From Dehalococcoidia bacterium (lineage in GTDB: Bacteria; Chloroflexota; Dehalococcoidia; Bin125), in assembly GCA_963662615.2 (NCBI GenBank), contig CAXXSR010000001.1, forward strand, positions 1,536,001-1,600,000: 64,000 nt of DNA. Reading direction: 5' to 3'. A program made the position numbers and the translations under genes. Below are positions 19,796-29,164 of this stretch, in pieces (within the stretch, counting starts at the first letter, position 1; each line of letters opens with the position of its first letter). The notes beneath the pieces were generated by a model. The model ran no database searches. It saw nothing but the letters and a program-made list of their open reading frames with translations, and had not been told where the DNA came from.

Positions 19796-21106
19796 GTGCC
19801 CGTGGCGGATCCGAACGCTTTCGAAGCCTATCTCGCGCCCTGGCGCGGCCCCCGCGCCGGTCGCACCGTCGACGCCGCCACCGCCCTCGCCGCGATCCCC
19901 GACGGGGCCCGACTCCTCATCCCCCCACTCTGCGGCACGCCGCTGCAGTTCCTGGCCGCGCTGGACGACAGCCGTGCGCGGTGGAGAGCGCTGGAAATCG
20001 TCGCAGGGCCGCTGCTGCATCCGATCGCGCCGTTGCGGCACGCGGGAGCGCCGTTTCGATTCACCACCGTGCATCCCACCCCCGCCTATGCCGCCGCGGC
20101 CGAGGCCGGGGCGCTGCGGATCATCCCGGCGCGCTACTCCGACACTGCGACACTGTTCCGGCCCGACGGTCGTTATCCGGTCGATGCGGTCGTCGTGGGC
20201 GTCAGTCCGCCCGGTGCGGCGGGCCGCTTCAGCTTGGGCGTGTCGGTGGGCAGCGTGATTGACGCGGTACGCAGCGCCCCTCTCGTCATTGCGCAGGTCA
20301 ACCCGGCGATGCCGTACACGCTGGGCGCCGGCGAGCTGGAGCGTGAGGCGTTCGACTTTCTCGTGGAGATGGAGGGGCCGCTGCCCGAGTTGCGACGGGC
20401 GCCGGCCGGGCCGGTGGAGGAGGCCATTGCCGGGCACGTGGCAGCCATCGTCCGGGATGGGGCGACGCTCCAATTCGGCATCGGTGCGGTGCCGGAGGCG
20501 ATCATGGGCCGGCTGGGGCAGCGCAGGGACTTGGGCGTTCACTCCGGCATGATCAGCGACGGCTTGATCGACCTGGCCGAATGCGGCGCCTTGACCAACG
20601 CGCGCAAGTCGCTCCAGCCCGGCGTGATGGTGACGGCGGAGGTCGCCGGCACGCGCCGCCTGTTCGACTGGGTGCATCGCAACCCCGGCGTGCGGATGGC
20701 GCCGGCCGGCTACAGCCACGGCGCCCAAGTGCTCGCCGGCTGCCGGCGCCTGACGGCGATCAATTCCGCGGTGCAGGTGGCGCTGGACGGGACGGTCAAC
20801 GCCGAGGAGATTGACGCGCGCACGGTGAGCGGCCCGGGCGGCCAGCCGGACTTTGTCGCCGGGGCGCTGGCGGCGCCGGAGGGCACGAGCATCGTGGCCA
20901 TGCCGTCCACGGCGGCGGCGGGCACGGTGTCGCGCGTCGTGCCGCGGCTGGCGGCGGGAGCCGTGGTGACAGTCGCGCGGTCTCTGGCGGACCGCGTCGT
21001 GACGGAATACGGCGTGGCGGAGCTGCGCGGCCGAACGCTGGAGCAGCGGGCCGCCGCGCTGCGGGCGATCGCCCATCCCGACTTCCGCACGGGCCTCACT
21101 CGTTGA
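19796..21106 (+). CDS. Acetyl-CoA hydrolase / 4-hydroxybutyrate CoA-transferase family protein
   Basis: DGATLQFGIGAVP, DLGVHS, AINSAVQVALDG, SGPGGQPDF, VVTEYGVAELRG. Confidence 0.88.
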   Translation: MPVADPNAFEAYLAPWRGPRAGRTVDAATALAAIPDGARLLIPPLCGTPLQFLAALDDSRARWRALEIVAGPLLHPIAPLRHAGAPFRFTTVHPTPAYAAAAEAGALRIIPARYSDTATLFRPDGRYPVDAVVVGVSPPGAAGRFSLGVSVGSVIDAVRSAPLVIAQVNPAMPYTLGAGELEREAFDFLVEMEGPLPELRRAPAGPVEEAIAGHVAAIVRDGATLQFGIGAVPEAIMGRLGQRRDLGVHSGMISDGLIDLAECGALTNARKSLQPGVMVTAEVAGTRRLFDWVHRNPGVRMAPAGYSHGAQVLAGCRRLTAINSAVQVALDGTVNAEEIDARTVSGPGGQPDFVAGALAAPEGTSIVAMPSTAAAGTVSRVVPRLAAGAVVTVARSLADRVVTEYGVAELRGRTLEQRAAALRAIAHPDFRTGLTR

Positions 21107-21344
21107 GACGGCGTCCGCGTTGAAGTGCGGACGGGGCGGGGGAAGCGCCGCCCAATGTCGCGCGCAGGCGCCATTGCGAGAGGAGCGGGAGCGAGCGCAG
21201 CGGAGGGGCGGCGACGCCGGGCAGCGTTCGCCCCGACGCACTGGGGACGGACGGGCTGCATTGCGGGCGTCCGCCCGCGCTCGTATACTGCCCGCCACGT
21301 TGGAGCCGCGGACGCCCAGGTCCGCTCACTGAGGGGACGTGATT

Positions 21345-22235
21345 ATGCCCACTCTACTTCTTCCCCTGGATGGAACTCCTGCTGCGGAAGTGGCCTTCGT
21401 GTGCGTGCAGGCGCTCACGGGGAACCAACCCCATCAACTGCGGTTGCTCTATGTGGGAGACGACAGGGACGGGTCGCATCGGGCCTATCTGGAGCGCGTG
21501 GCCGGCATGTTCAAGGACTTGGAGCATGAGCCGTCGGTGGAGGTGCAATCGGGCGACCCCGCCCAGGTGATTGTCAGCGCGGCGGAGGAGCCGCCGGTGG
21601 ACGCCGTCATCCTGAAGCGCGACGAGCGGGAGGGCGTCCGCGGCTGGATCCTGGGTTCCATCACCGACAAGGTCGCACGGAGCCTGCAGCGCCCCTTGCT
21701 GTTGATGAACCCGCTTCCCGGCGAGGGCCGCTGGCTGGACTACGCCATCCGCAACATCATGGTGCCGCTGGACGGCTCCGGGAACGCGGAGCGCGGCGTT
21801 GACGCCGCCTTGCCGCTCGCCGAGCGACTGGGCGCGCAGGTCACGGCCATATATTCCTTGCCCTGGCTGCCCCGGGAGCCCGCCCAGCAGACACAGGACC
21901 GGCGCTCAGAGGTCACCCAGGACTCAGCCGGGCCTGAGCTGGCCGGGCTGGCGAAGGTGAGTACCGCCTCCGACGAATTGGAGGCGGCCGAGATGAAGGC
22001 CTACCTGGAGGATCTGGTGCATCGCTTCCGCGACCGAACGCGGCTTCGCACCATCGCCATGCGGGGGGACGCGGTGGCGGCGATTGAAGAGGCAGCGCAG
22101 AAGAATGAGATCGACCTCATTGTCATGACTACGCAGGGCGCGGGAGGTGTGGTTCATCGAGGGTTGGGCAGCGTGGCGGAGGCCGTGTCCAAGGATTGCA
22201 CGGTCCCCGTGATGCTGGTCCGACCCCTCAGCTGA
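21345..22235 (+). CDS. Tandem universal stress protein
   Basis: Two USP domains: LLPLDG...LGSITDKV and IMVPLDGS...DLIVMTT...LGSVAE. Confidence 0.9.
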   Translation: MPTLLLPLDGTPAAEVAFVCVQALTGNQPHQLRLLYVGDDRDGSHRAYLERVAGMFKDLEHEPSVEVQSGDPAQVIVSAAEEPPVDAVILKRDEREGVRGWILGSITDKVARSLQRPLLLMNPLPGEGRWLDYAIRNIMVPLDGSGNAERGVDAALPLAERLGAQVTAIYSLPWLPREPAQQTQDRRSEVTQDSAGPELAGLAKVSTASDELEAAEMKAYLEDLVHRFRDRTRLRTIAMRGDAVAAIEEAAQKNEIDLIVMTTQGAGGVVHRGLGSVAEAVSKDCTVPVMLVRPLS

Positions 22236-22261
22236 TCGCGTTCGTTGGGAAAGCTACCGCT

Positions 22262-22711
22262 ATGCCGACATCACCGACCTCTTTCGAACCGCTCCTGGCC
22301 AAGGCAAGCCTGTTTCAGGGGCTCAAGCCCGAGGAGCTCCGCAAGTTCGCCGGCCGCGTGCAACTGCACCGCTACGAGCCTGGCCAGACAATCACGAGGC
22401 AAGGGGAGCTGGGGACCGGCCTGTACGTGATTAGTCAGGGCTCGGTGAACGTGATCCACGACCAGGGCGAGCCGAGCGAAACGCAGATCGCGACGCTGGG
22501 CGAGGGTGACTTCTTTGGCGATATGGCGCTGCTGCGTGAGCGGACGCGGAGCGCGACCATTGTCGCGCGCGAGGCCACTGAATGCGTCACGCTGGTGCGC
22601 TGGGACTTCAAGGAACTGGCCCTGGAGAGTCCGGACCTGCTCTGGAACATGCTGGAAACCCTGGCGGATCGGCTGGCGGATGCGGACGACAGCGTGGCGC
22701 ACCACCTCTAG
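22262..22711 (+). CDS. Cyclic nucleotide-binding domain protein
   Basis: ITRQGE, GDFFGDMALL, RSATI. Confidence 0.88.
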   Translation: MPTSPTSFEPLLAKASLFQGLKPEELRKFAGRVQLHRYEPGQTITRQGELGTGLYVISQGSVNVIHDQGEPSETQIATLGEGDFFGDMALLRERTRSATIVAREATECVTLVRWDFKELALESPDLLWNMLETLADRLADADDSVAHHL

Positions 22712-22810
22712 CGAGCGCGTCGCACCCGCAGACGGACCGCCACGCCGGGCCCTCCGGGCCCCGCGTGGCGGTCGCTGATGCCGAGAGCGAGCCGGTGCAG
22801 CTAGACGCCG

Positions 22811-23704
22811 CTAGGCGCCGCGATGCACCTCCGCACCGCCCAGGGCTTCCAGGACGCGGACCAACGCCTGGGTGCCGCGGTCGCCGCCGCCCGCCGCCTC
22901 AAGATGGTGATAGAGCTGATGGACGAGGGCGGTAACGGCGAGCGGCTGTTGGACGTCCGCGGCCGCGCCCAAGGCGAGGCGAAGGTCCTTCTGCAGCAGC
23001 TTCACCATGAACCCCGGGGCGAAGTCGCGGTCAATGATGCGGGGCCCCAGGTTGGTCATTTGCCAGGAGCCGGCGGCGCCGGCGCTGATCGCCTCCAGCA
23101 TCTTGGCCGGGTCCACGCCAGACTTCTGACTGAGAGTGAGCGCCTCGCAGACACCGGTGAGCGCGCCGGCGATGGCCACCTGGTTGCAGAGCTTGACCGT
23201 CTGCCCCGCGCCCACCGGGCCAACGTGCGTGATCGTCTTGCCGAGGGCCTCGAAGATGGGCCGGCAGCGCTGTACGACGGCCGCATCGCCGCCCACCATG
23301 ATTGAGAGGGTGCCGGCGATGGCGCCCGTATCGCCGCCGGAGACCGGCGCATCCAGCATGGCGACGTTCTTCTCCGCCAGCTTCGCGCTGATGGCGCGCG
23401 TCACGGCGGGGCTGATCGTGCTCATGTCAACGAGGACCGCTTCAGACCGCAGGCCGGCGATCGCGCCGTCGTCGCCCAGCACCACCTGCTCCACGTCCGG
23501 GCTGTCGGTCACCATGCTGATGAAGACGTCGGCGCTCTCGGCGACCGCTCGGGCAGTGGCGGCTTCCTGCGCACCCGCTGCCACGCATTCGTCGATGCCG
23601 GGGCGGCTGCGATTCCAAACCGTCACGGCGAAGCCCGCCTTGAGAAGGTTCTTCACCATGGGGCGCCCCATGATGCCCAGTCCGACAAAGCCGATGTGAT
23701 CCAT
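22811..23704 (-). CDS. Beta-hydroxyacid dehydrogenase (2-hydroxy-3-oxopropionate reductase / 3-hydroxyisobutyrate dehydrogenase family)
   Basis: IGFVGLGIMG, DMSTISP, LDAPVSGG, GQTVKLCNQ. Confidence 0.92.
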   Translation of the reverse strand: MDHIGFVGLGIMGRPMVKNLLKAGFAVTVWNRSRPGIDECVAAGAQEAATARAVAESADVFISMVTDSPDVEQVVLGDDGAIAGLRSEAVLVDMSTISPAVTRAISAKLAEKNVAMLDAPVSGGDTGAIAGTLSIMVGGDAAVVQRCRPIFEALGKTITHVGPVGAGQTVKLCNQVAIAGALTGVCEALTLSQKSGVDPAKMLEAISAGAAGSWQMTNLGPRIIDRDFAPGFMVKLLQKDLRLALGAAADVQQPLAVTALVHQLYHHLEAAGGGDRGTQALVRVLEALGGAEVHRGA

Positions 23705-24189
23705 CTTTTTCTCCCTTGCACTCGCCCGCCCGCGAGGGCGGACTGCCGCGCGCGCGCAACGCCGAGACTATTGCCACGCCGCAGCCCTCTGCGTAGGCGA
23801 GGAGCGCCGCCGGCTGACGACCGGCGTGTTGCCTGGAGGCACGATGGCGACCTTCCCCCTGCTTGGCAAGAGTGCGGAGGCAGGAGGCCGCCGGCGTTTG
23901 CCATATCTGGCATGCTGGGGGCAGGGCTCGCCCCTTGCGGGGGGCCGGCATGGCCCGGCCGATCCGCTGGACGGAGCAGGGACGGCCGCCTGCACCAGCG
24001 GCGCCGTCGCGCGACGATGAACTTGTGGAGACGGCGCGCGCGAGGGACGGTCGCTAGGGAAGGCGGACAGCAGGTCCAGCATTTATGTAATCGCCATGTA
24101 AATTAGGAAACAGAGGGGGCGCGACGAGCTTTTCTGCCATCGCAAACTGGAAAGCGATGCGGTATGCTTACAGCCACAACTGAATAGGG

Positions 24190-24315
24190 TGCTGGGCCTA
24201 ATCCCTCCTGGAGGGAACGGGGGACCCGATATTTGGGGTGAATAGAGCATAACGCTCTTAGGCGCACTCCTTCGCGCCGAACCCGACAGCTAACCCCGTA
24301 GGCGACCGAGGGAGG
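24190..24315 (+). promoter_or_regulatory. c-di-AMP (ydaO/yuaA) riboswitch aptamer
   Basis: Conserved blocks in order: AATCCC..GGGAACGGGGGACCC..TTTGGGGTGAAT..CCGAACCCGACAGCTAACCCCGTAGGC; upstream -10 TATGCT. Confidence 0.9.
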
Positions 24316-24328
24316 TTTGACTGCTCAG

Positions 24329-24360
24329 GAGTCGATCCTGTCTTGAGGATCGGCTCTTTT
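24329..24360 (+). terminator. Intrinsic terminator (riboswitch expression platform)
   Basis: 11-bp stem GAGTCGATCCT/AGGATCGGCTC followed by TTTT. Confidence 0.85.
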
Positions 24361-24376
24361 GTGTAGAGTCACCCAA

Positions 24377-24712
24377 GTCGCCATTCACGGCTCGGTACCG
24401 TAATCATGCAGGGAACCGTTGGCCGCTCGCCCGGTCGACGGACCTGGAATTGGACAGGGTTTTCTCGCTCACCCTGTCCGCCTCCTGACCAGCCCGGGGC
24501 CTTAGGGCCCCGGGCTGTGCTTAACGCGAAAATCCGACTCCCTGCGTGAGGCCACGCTGCCCCGCCGCTGAGGGGGCGCCGCGCCTCACAGGGATCCAAG
24601 GGCACACCGTCCCGCAGGCAAGCGCGACCGCGAGGGCGGCCGGCGTGTCGATGCAGCCCGCGCCGGGGCCGGGCGCTCACTGTCGTTGCAACAGCGGTAT
24701 CGCGGCGGGGAC
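24377..24712 (+). ncRNA. Candidate structured non-coding RNA of unassigned family
   Basis: Nested 9-12 bp helices forming a multiway junction, with G-U pairs favouring the + strand; no credible ORF; boundaries approximate. Confidence 0.55.
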
Positions 24713-24753
24713 CATCAGTGGACGCCGTACCCGGACGCGGACATACTCGTCGC

Positions 24754-25560
24754 ATGGATCGCGATGCACTGAGCCTCTTCTCCGTTCGTGCTGCCACGGA
24801 CGTGCCGGCGGTGAGCGCAGAGCAGATGCGCGAAGTGGACCGGCTGGCTGTTGAGGACGCCAGCCTGGACCTTCTGCAGATGATGGAAAACGCCGGCCGC
24901 GCACTGGCGCTCGTGGCGCGCGACTATCTGTCTTCGGGCGTGACGGGCAAGGGACCGGCGAAACCGTCGTCGATTCTGGTAGTGGCGGGCAAGGGCAATA
25001 ACGGCGGGGGGACGTTGGCCGCCGCGCGGCATCTGCGCAACTGGGGATTCGATCCGCAGGTGGTGTTGAGCGCTCCGCCCACGAGTCTGGGCGAGGCGAC
25101 CGCCCGCCAGCACCACATCCTCCACAAGGACGGGGTGCGACCGCTGTGGCCGGGCGGGCGCCAGTTCGATCAGCGCTTCCCGGAGCAGCTCGAGGCTGCC
25201 ACGGTCGTGGTTGAAGGGCTGGTGGGCTACGGCCTCCACGGCCCCCTGCAAGGCGATCCCGCCCTGCTTGTGGATGCGATCCTGGATCGGGCGGCGCCGA
25301 CGGTGATCTCGCTGGACCTGCCGGCGGGCTTCGACGCGACGTCCGGCGCCGTGTACTCCACCGGCGTCGTGGCAACCACCACACTGACCTTGGCGCTGCC
25401 GAAGACCGGCTTGCTCCAGGGCGACGCCACGGCGGCCGTGGGAGACCTCCTGCTCGCGGATATCGGAATCCCGCACTACATCTACGAGCGGCTCGGCCTC
25501 CAGGTCCCGCCCGACCTCTTCGCGGAGGGGTTGATCGTTCGGCTGCTGCCGGAAGGCTAG
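24754..25560 (+). CDS. nnrE: NAD(P)H-hydrate epimerase (YjeF N-terminal domain)
   Basis: QMREVD, MMENAG, GKGNNGG, SLDLPAG, TLTLALPK, LADIGIP. Confidence 0.88.
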   Translation: MDRDALSLFSVRAATDVPAVSAEQMREVDRLAVEDASLDLLQMMENAGRALALVARDYLSSGVTGKGPAKPSSILVVAGKGNNGGGTLAAARHLRNWGFDPQVVLSAPPTSLGEATARQHHILHKDGVRPLWPGGRQFDQRFPEQLEAATVVVEGLVGYGLHGPLQGDPALLVDAILDRAAPTVISLDLPAGFDATSGAVYSTGVVATTTLTLALPKTGLLQGDATAAVGDLLLADIGIPHYIYERLGLQVPPDLFAEGLIVRLLPEG

Positions 25561-26290
25561 CCGCTGCCGGGGGGTAGCCACTGGACGATGTGCGCCTCGC
25601 CGGCGGCGCGGTCAGGGCCGGCGAAGTGACAGCGGCGTTGCATGGGGCATTCCGGGCAGCGCGGATTCCGAGCGACGCACAGTTGCGCGCCCAGATCCAT
25701 GAGCGCCTGGTTGATGGTCCAGCCGTCGCGGCGGGGCAACACGGCTTCGGCTAGGGCCCAGAGGCGGCGTAGGCGGAGCCCGGCCGTGTCCTCGGCGGGG
25801 AGGGCGCCGTGGAACCAGCGGCCCAGGACACGCGCGACGTTGGTGTCAAGGATGGGGGTGGGGACGTCGTAGGCGAAGGTCATCACCGCGCCCGCGGTAT
25901 AGCGGCCTACACCGGGCAACTCCATCAACTCCGGCGTCGTGGCGGGCAGTCGCCCGGCGTTGTAGGTCACGGCATGATCGGCGATCTGCTTGATCCATTG
26001 GCCACGGATCTTGTAGCCAAGCGGGTCGGTGATCCGCTTGACGTCGCGGAGGGGCGCCGCCGCGACATCCTCAATTGGGGGAAGCGCTCGAGGAAGTCGG
26101 AGTACACCTCAGCGACGCGCGGCACCTGCGTCTGCTGCAGCATGATCTCCGCCACCAGGATCGCATAGGGGTCGCGTGTGCGACGCCAGGGCAGGTCACG
26201 CCCGTGCTCAGAGAACCAGCGGCGAAGGTTGCGGCGCAGGTAGCGCCGGCGGGCAGGATCGATTCGGGCCCGCAGGCGAGCGTGTCCCAT
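25557..26290 (-). pseudogene. mutY: A/G-specific adenine glycosylase (short MutY-like), frameshifted at about 26077
   Basis: RDLPWRRTRDPYAILVAEIMLQQTQV in one frame; LPGVGRYTA, DTNVARV, ALMDLGAQLC..PRCPECP in another; shift at a G5 run. Confidence 0.82.
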
Positions 26291-26437
26291 CTGACGTGGC
26301 GATTCCCAAGCCCCAGGCCGGCCGGACGCCGGCGGGCTGGGGCGATCGTATGATGCGGCGGGCCCCCGCGCCATCGATCGGTAGGGGCGAGAGTTGCGGA
26401 TATCCTCTCACCGTCGCGCCCATCGTGACGGAGGCCA

Positions 26438-27067
26438 ATGCCGAATCCGCTTCCGACTCGCTTCTATGACCGGGACACGCGGGAGGTCGCCCGCGATCTC
26501 CTGGGCTGCGAACTGTGGCTGCGCGCCGCGGGGATCGTGCGGCGGGGCCGCATTGTGGAAACGGAGGCCTACCGCGGCCTCGATGACCGGGCCTGTCTGG
26601 GCTGGCGGGGCGAGACGCCGCGCCTGCAGTCGCTGTTCGGGCCGGCGGGGCGGGCGTTCGTGTATATCACCTACGGCGTGCACTTCATGTTCAATGCCGT
26701 GACGGAGCGAAATCGATTCCCTGCAGGCGTGCTCATCCGGGCGCTGGAGCCCGTGGCCAACCTTGAGGCCGACGCTCGCGGCCCCGGCCGGCTCACGAAG
26801 GCGATGGGCATTGACCGCCGCCTCAACGGGAGCCATCTGCGGACCGGGCCCGTTCGCATCCTGACCGGCGGTCTTCGAAGCGGAGAGTCAACGGGCGTCA
26901 GCACCCGCGTGGGCGTGGACTATGCCGGTGCGGAGGCGGCGGCGCGCCCCTGGCGCTTCTTCATTGCCGGCAATCCCCATGTCTCACGGGGGCGGCCCAC
27001 GGACTCCACGCGGGCCGCGCGGGCGGTCGCTGAGCGTGAGGCCCGACGCGGCCGCGCGCTGCCTTGA
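26438..27067 (+). CDS. DNA-3-methyladenine glycosylase (MPG/AAG family)
   Basis: VARDLLG, GRIVETEAY, YITYG, GVLIRALEP, GPGRL, PWRF. Confidence 0.92.
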   Translation: MPNPLPTRFYDRDTREVARDLLGCELWLRAAGIVRRGRIVETEAYRGLDDRACLGWRGETPRLQSLFGPAGRAFVYITYGVHFMFNAVTERNRFPAGVLIRALEPVANLEADARGPGRLTKAMGIDRRLNGSHLRTGPVRILTGGLRSGESTGVSTRVGVDYAGAEAAARPWRFFIAGNPHVSRGRPTDSTRAARAVAEREARRGRALP

Positions 27068-27122
27068 CGGCCGTACCAGGAACGGCGCTCGCCGATCGCA
27101 ATGGTGGGGGCGCCGGCTCGGT

Positions 27123-28336
27123 CTAGGAGCCCAAGCTGACCCGCATGACTTTGCCCCGTCGGGGCAGCACGACGGGCCGAAACTCCCGCAGCTCCCGCAG
27201 GGCGGCGGCGAGCGGCTCAGCGCCCTCGTACTCGACGATGACGTCCAGCCGGCCCCCCTGAAAGCGGAGTGGGCGAACCTCGCGCACGCCCTGCAGTGTC
27301 GCCACGGCTTCCATAAATTGCGTCAGTCGGGCGAGGGCGGGAGGCGGGTGGACGGCAAGGTGGATGGTCTGCACGGGGGCACCGCGCGGATCGGGGATGG
27401 GGGCGCCTCCATAGACGCCGCGGGTTGCGGCTTCGGCTGCGGTCCGGCCTGCGGGCGCGGCTCCAGGGGCGGCGGCCAGAGATCGGCCTGCCCGCTCTGC
27501 GCTGGAGTCGCAGAGGCCGCCGCGCCGGGCGCGCCGCGATCTTCGCCCGTTGCGCCGCCGGCGAAGGCTTGGAGAAGCTCCACCATCGCCTGCCGCGCGG
27601 CGGCCATGCCAGAGTTGGCGGCGGCCTCCTGATCGCGATCGGTGGGCCTTCCTGGGGAAGGCAGCATGGATTCAAGCCGTTCGGCGGCCCGGTCGAGGGC
27701 GCCGGCGGCGCTGCGAATCTGCCGCAGCAGCGTGGGGTTTCGGCCCGCCCTCGGCGGCGCCGGTGTCTGCGACGGGGTTTTCTGCGGCGGCGTTATCTGC
27801 GACGGTGGCCGCTCGTCTCCCGATCGAGAGGCCGCCGCGGCCGCCACAGGCCGGATCCCGCCGCGCTCGGTCAGGCGCTGCGGCCGGGCGATGCGCCCTC
27901 CCCGTGCGCCGGGCCGCGCGGCAGTCGGGGACGGCTGCGCCGCCGCCGGGCCGGCCGCCACGACGCCGCGTATCGTGCGGATCAGGGTGTCGATGGGCGT
28001 GTCCTTGAGCAGGAAGGCGTCCGCCCCCAGGGCCAGCGCCTGCGAGCGCCAGGTCGTTTCAGCGACGAAGTAGATGATCCGAGTGTCCGGGAGGCGGCGT
28101 TTGATCTGCTCGCCGGCCTCAATGCCGTTCATGACCGGCATCTCGATATCCAGCAGGACGACGTCCGGGCGCAGGGTCGCGGCGAGTTCGACCCCGGCAC
28201 GCCCGTCGCCGGCGTCAGCGACCAGCTCAATGCCCTCTTCCTGAGCGAAGAGCGTGCGGAGGGAGGCGCGCAGCGGGGCGTTGTCGTCCACGCTGAGCAC
28301 CCGGATAGGACGCGGCGGCTGGTTGACTCGCGCCAT
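27123..28336 (-). CDS. REC-domain protein with Pro/Ala-rich linker and small C-terminal domain (probable indel at G5 run 27375-27379)
   Basis: VLSVDD, PDVVLLDIEMP, FLLKD; ORF 27123-27374 continues in an adjacent frame and could alternatively be a separate gene. Confidence 0.7.
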
Positions 28337-28495
28337 GGTTTCGGCTTGATCGTCGCCCGTTGCCGCGGGCGCCACAGGACCAAAGGACCGAAAGATCCTG
28401 GCCCTATGGTCCAGCTTAGCTATTGAACGCGAGCAGCGGCCCTAGGACTTGGGTCAGAGGCGGCTGAGAGTTGGGTGGGGATCGCTGCCGCGAGG

Positions 28496-29164
28496 TCAGG
28501 AGGCGTCCCGCTTGGCGGCGCTCACCAGGTTCTCTTGGAGGGCCGTGACGATGGCCTGGCTGCGGTCCCGCACGTTGAGCTTGCGATAGATGCTGGTGAG
28601 GTGGCTCTTCACGGTCTTCTCACTCACGACCAGGAGTTCGGCGATCTCCTGGTTGCTGCGGCCTTCGGCCAGCCGCTGCAAGACCTCAAGCTCGCGCGCA
28701 GTCAGCCGCTCCGGTGGCGGGCTCTGGCCCTGGCGCCCCATCTGCTGAAACTCACTCACCACCCGGTCCATCACGGAGCGGTCGAGCATGGACTCGCCGC
28801 GCATGACGGCGCGGATCGCCTCGGCCAGCTGGTCTGCGGAGACGTCCTTGAGGAGGTAGCCTCGCGCGCCGGCATGCAAGGCATCGAAGATGTAGCGGTC
28901 GTCGTCATAGTTGGAGAGGACGATCACCTCCGTGCTGGACTGCCGGGTACGGATTCGCTGCGTGGCCTCCACGCCGTCCATGCCGGGCATGCGCACGTCC
29001 ATCAGCACCACGTCCGGCGAGAGTGCCCGCGCTTGCTCCACGGCCTCCGCCCCGTCGCCGGCCTGGCCTACGATCTTCAGGTCGTCATAGAGGGCGATCA
29101 TCTGGGCGAGCCCTTCCCGCACGACGGGGTGGTCGTCCGCGATGAGGACGGTGATCGGAGTCAC
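28496..29164 (-). CDS. NarL/LuxR-family response regulator
   Basis: IADDHPVVREG, DVRMP, GYLLKD, LTARELEVL, TVKSH. Confidence 0.95.
   Translation of the reverse strand: MTPITVLIADDHPVVREGLAQMIALYDDLKIVGQAGDGAEAVEQARALSPDVVLMDVRMPGMDGVEATQRIRTRQSSTEVIVLSNYDDDRYIFDALHAGARGYLLKDVSADQLAEAIRAVMRGESMLDRSVMDRVVSEFQQMGRQGQSPPPERLTARELEVLQRLAEGRSNQEIAELLVVSEKTVKSHLTSIYRKLNVRDRSQAIVTALQENLVSAAKRDAS

Noticed and set aside
24407-24549. Short ORF (MQGTVGRSPG...) as the riboswitch target
   Set aside because: No RBS, no recognisable motif, and the start codon is buried in the 11-bp long-range helix; not strictly excluded
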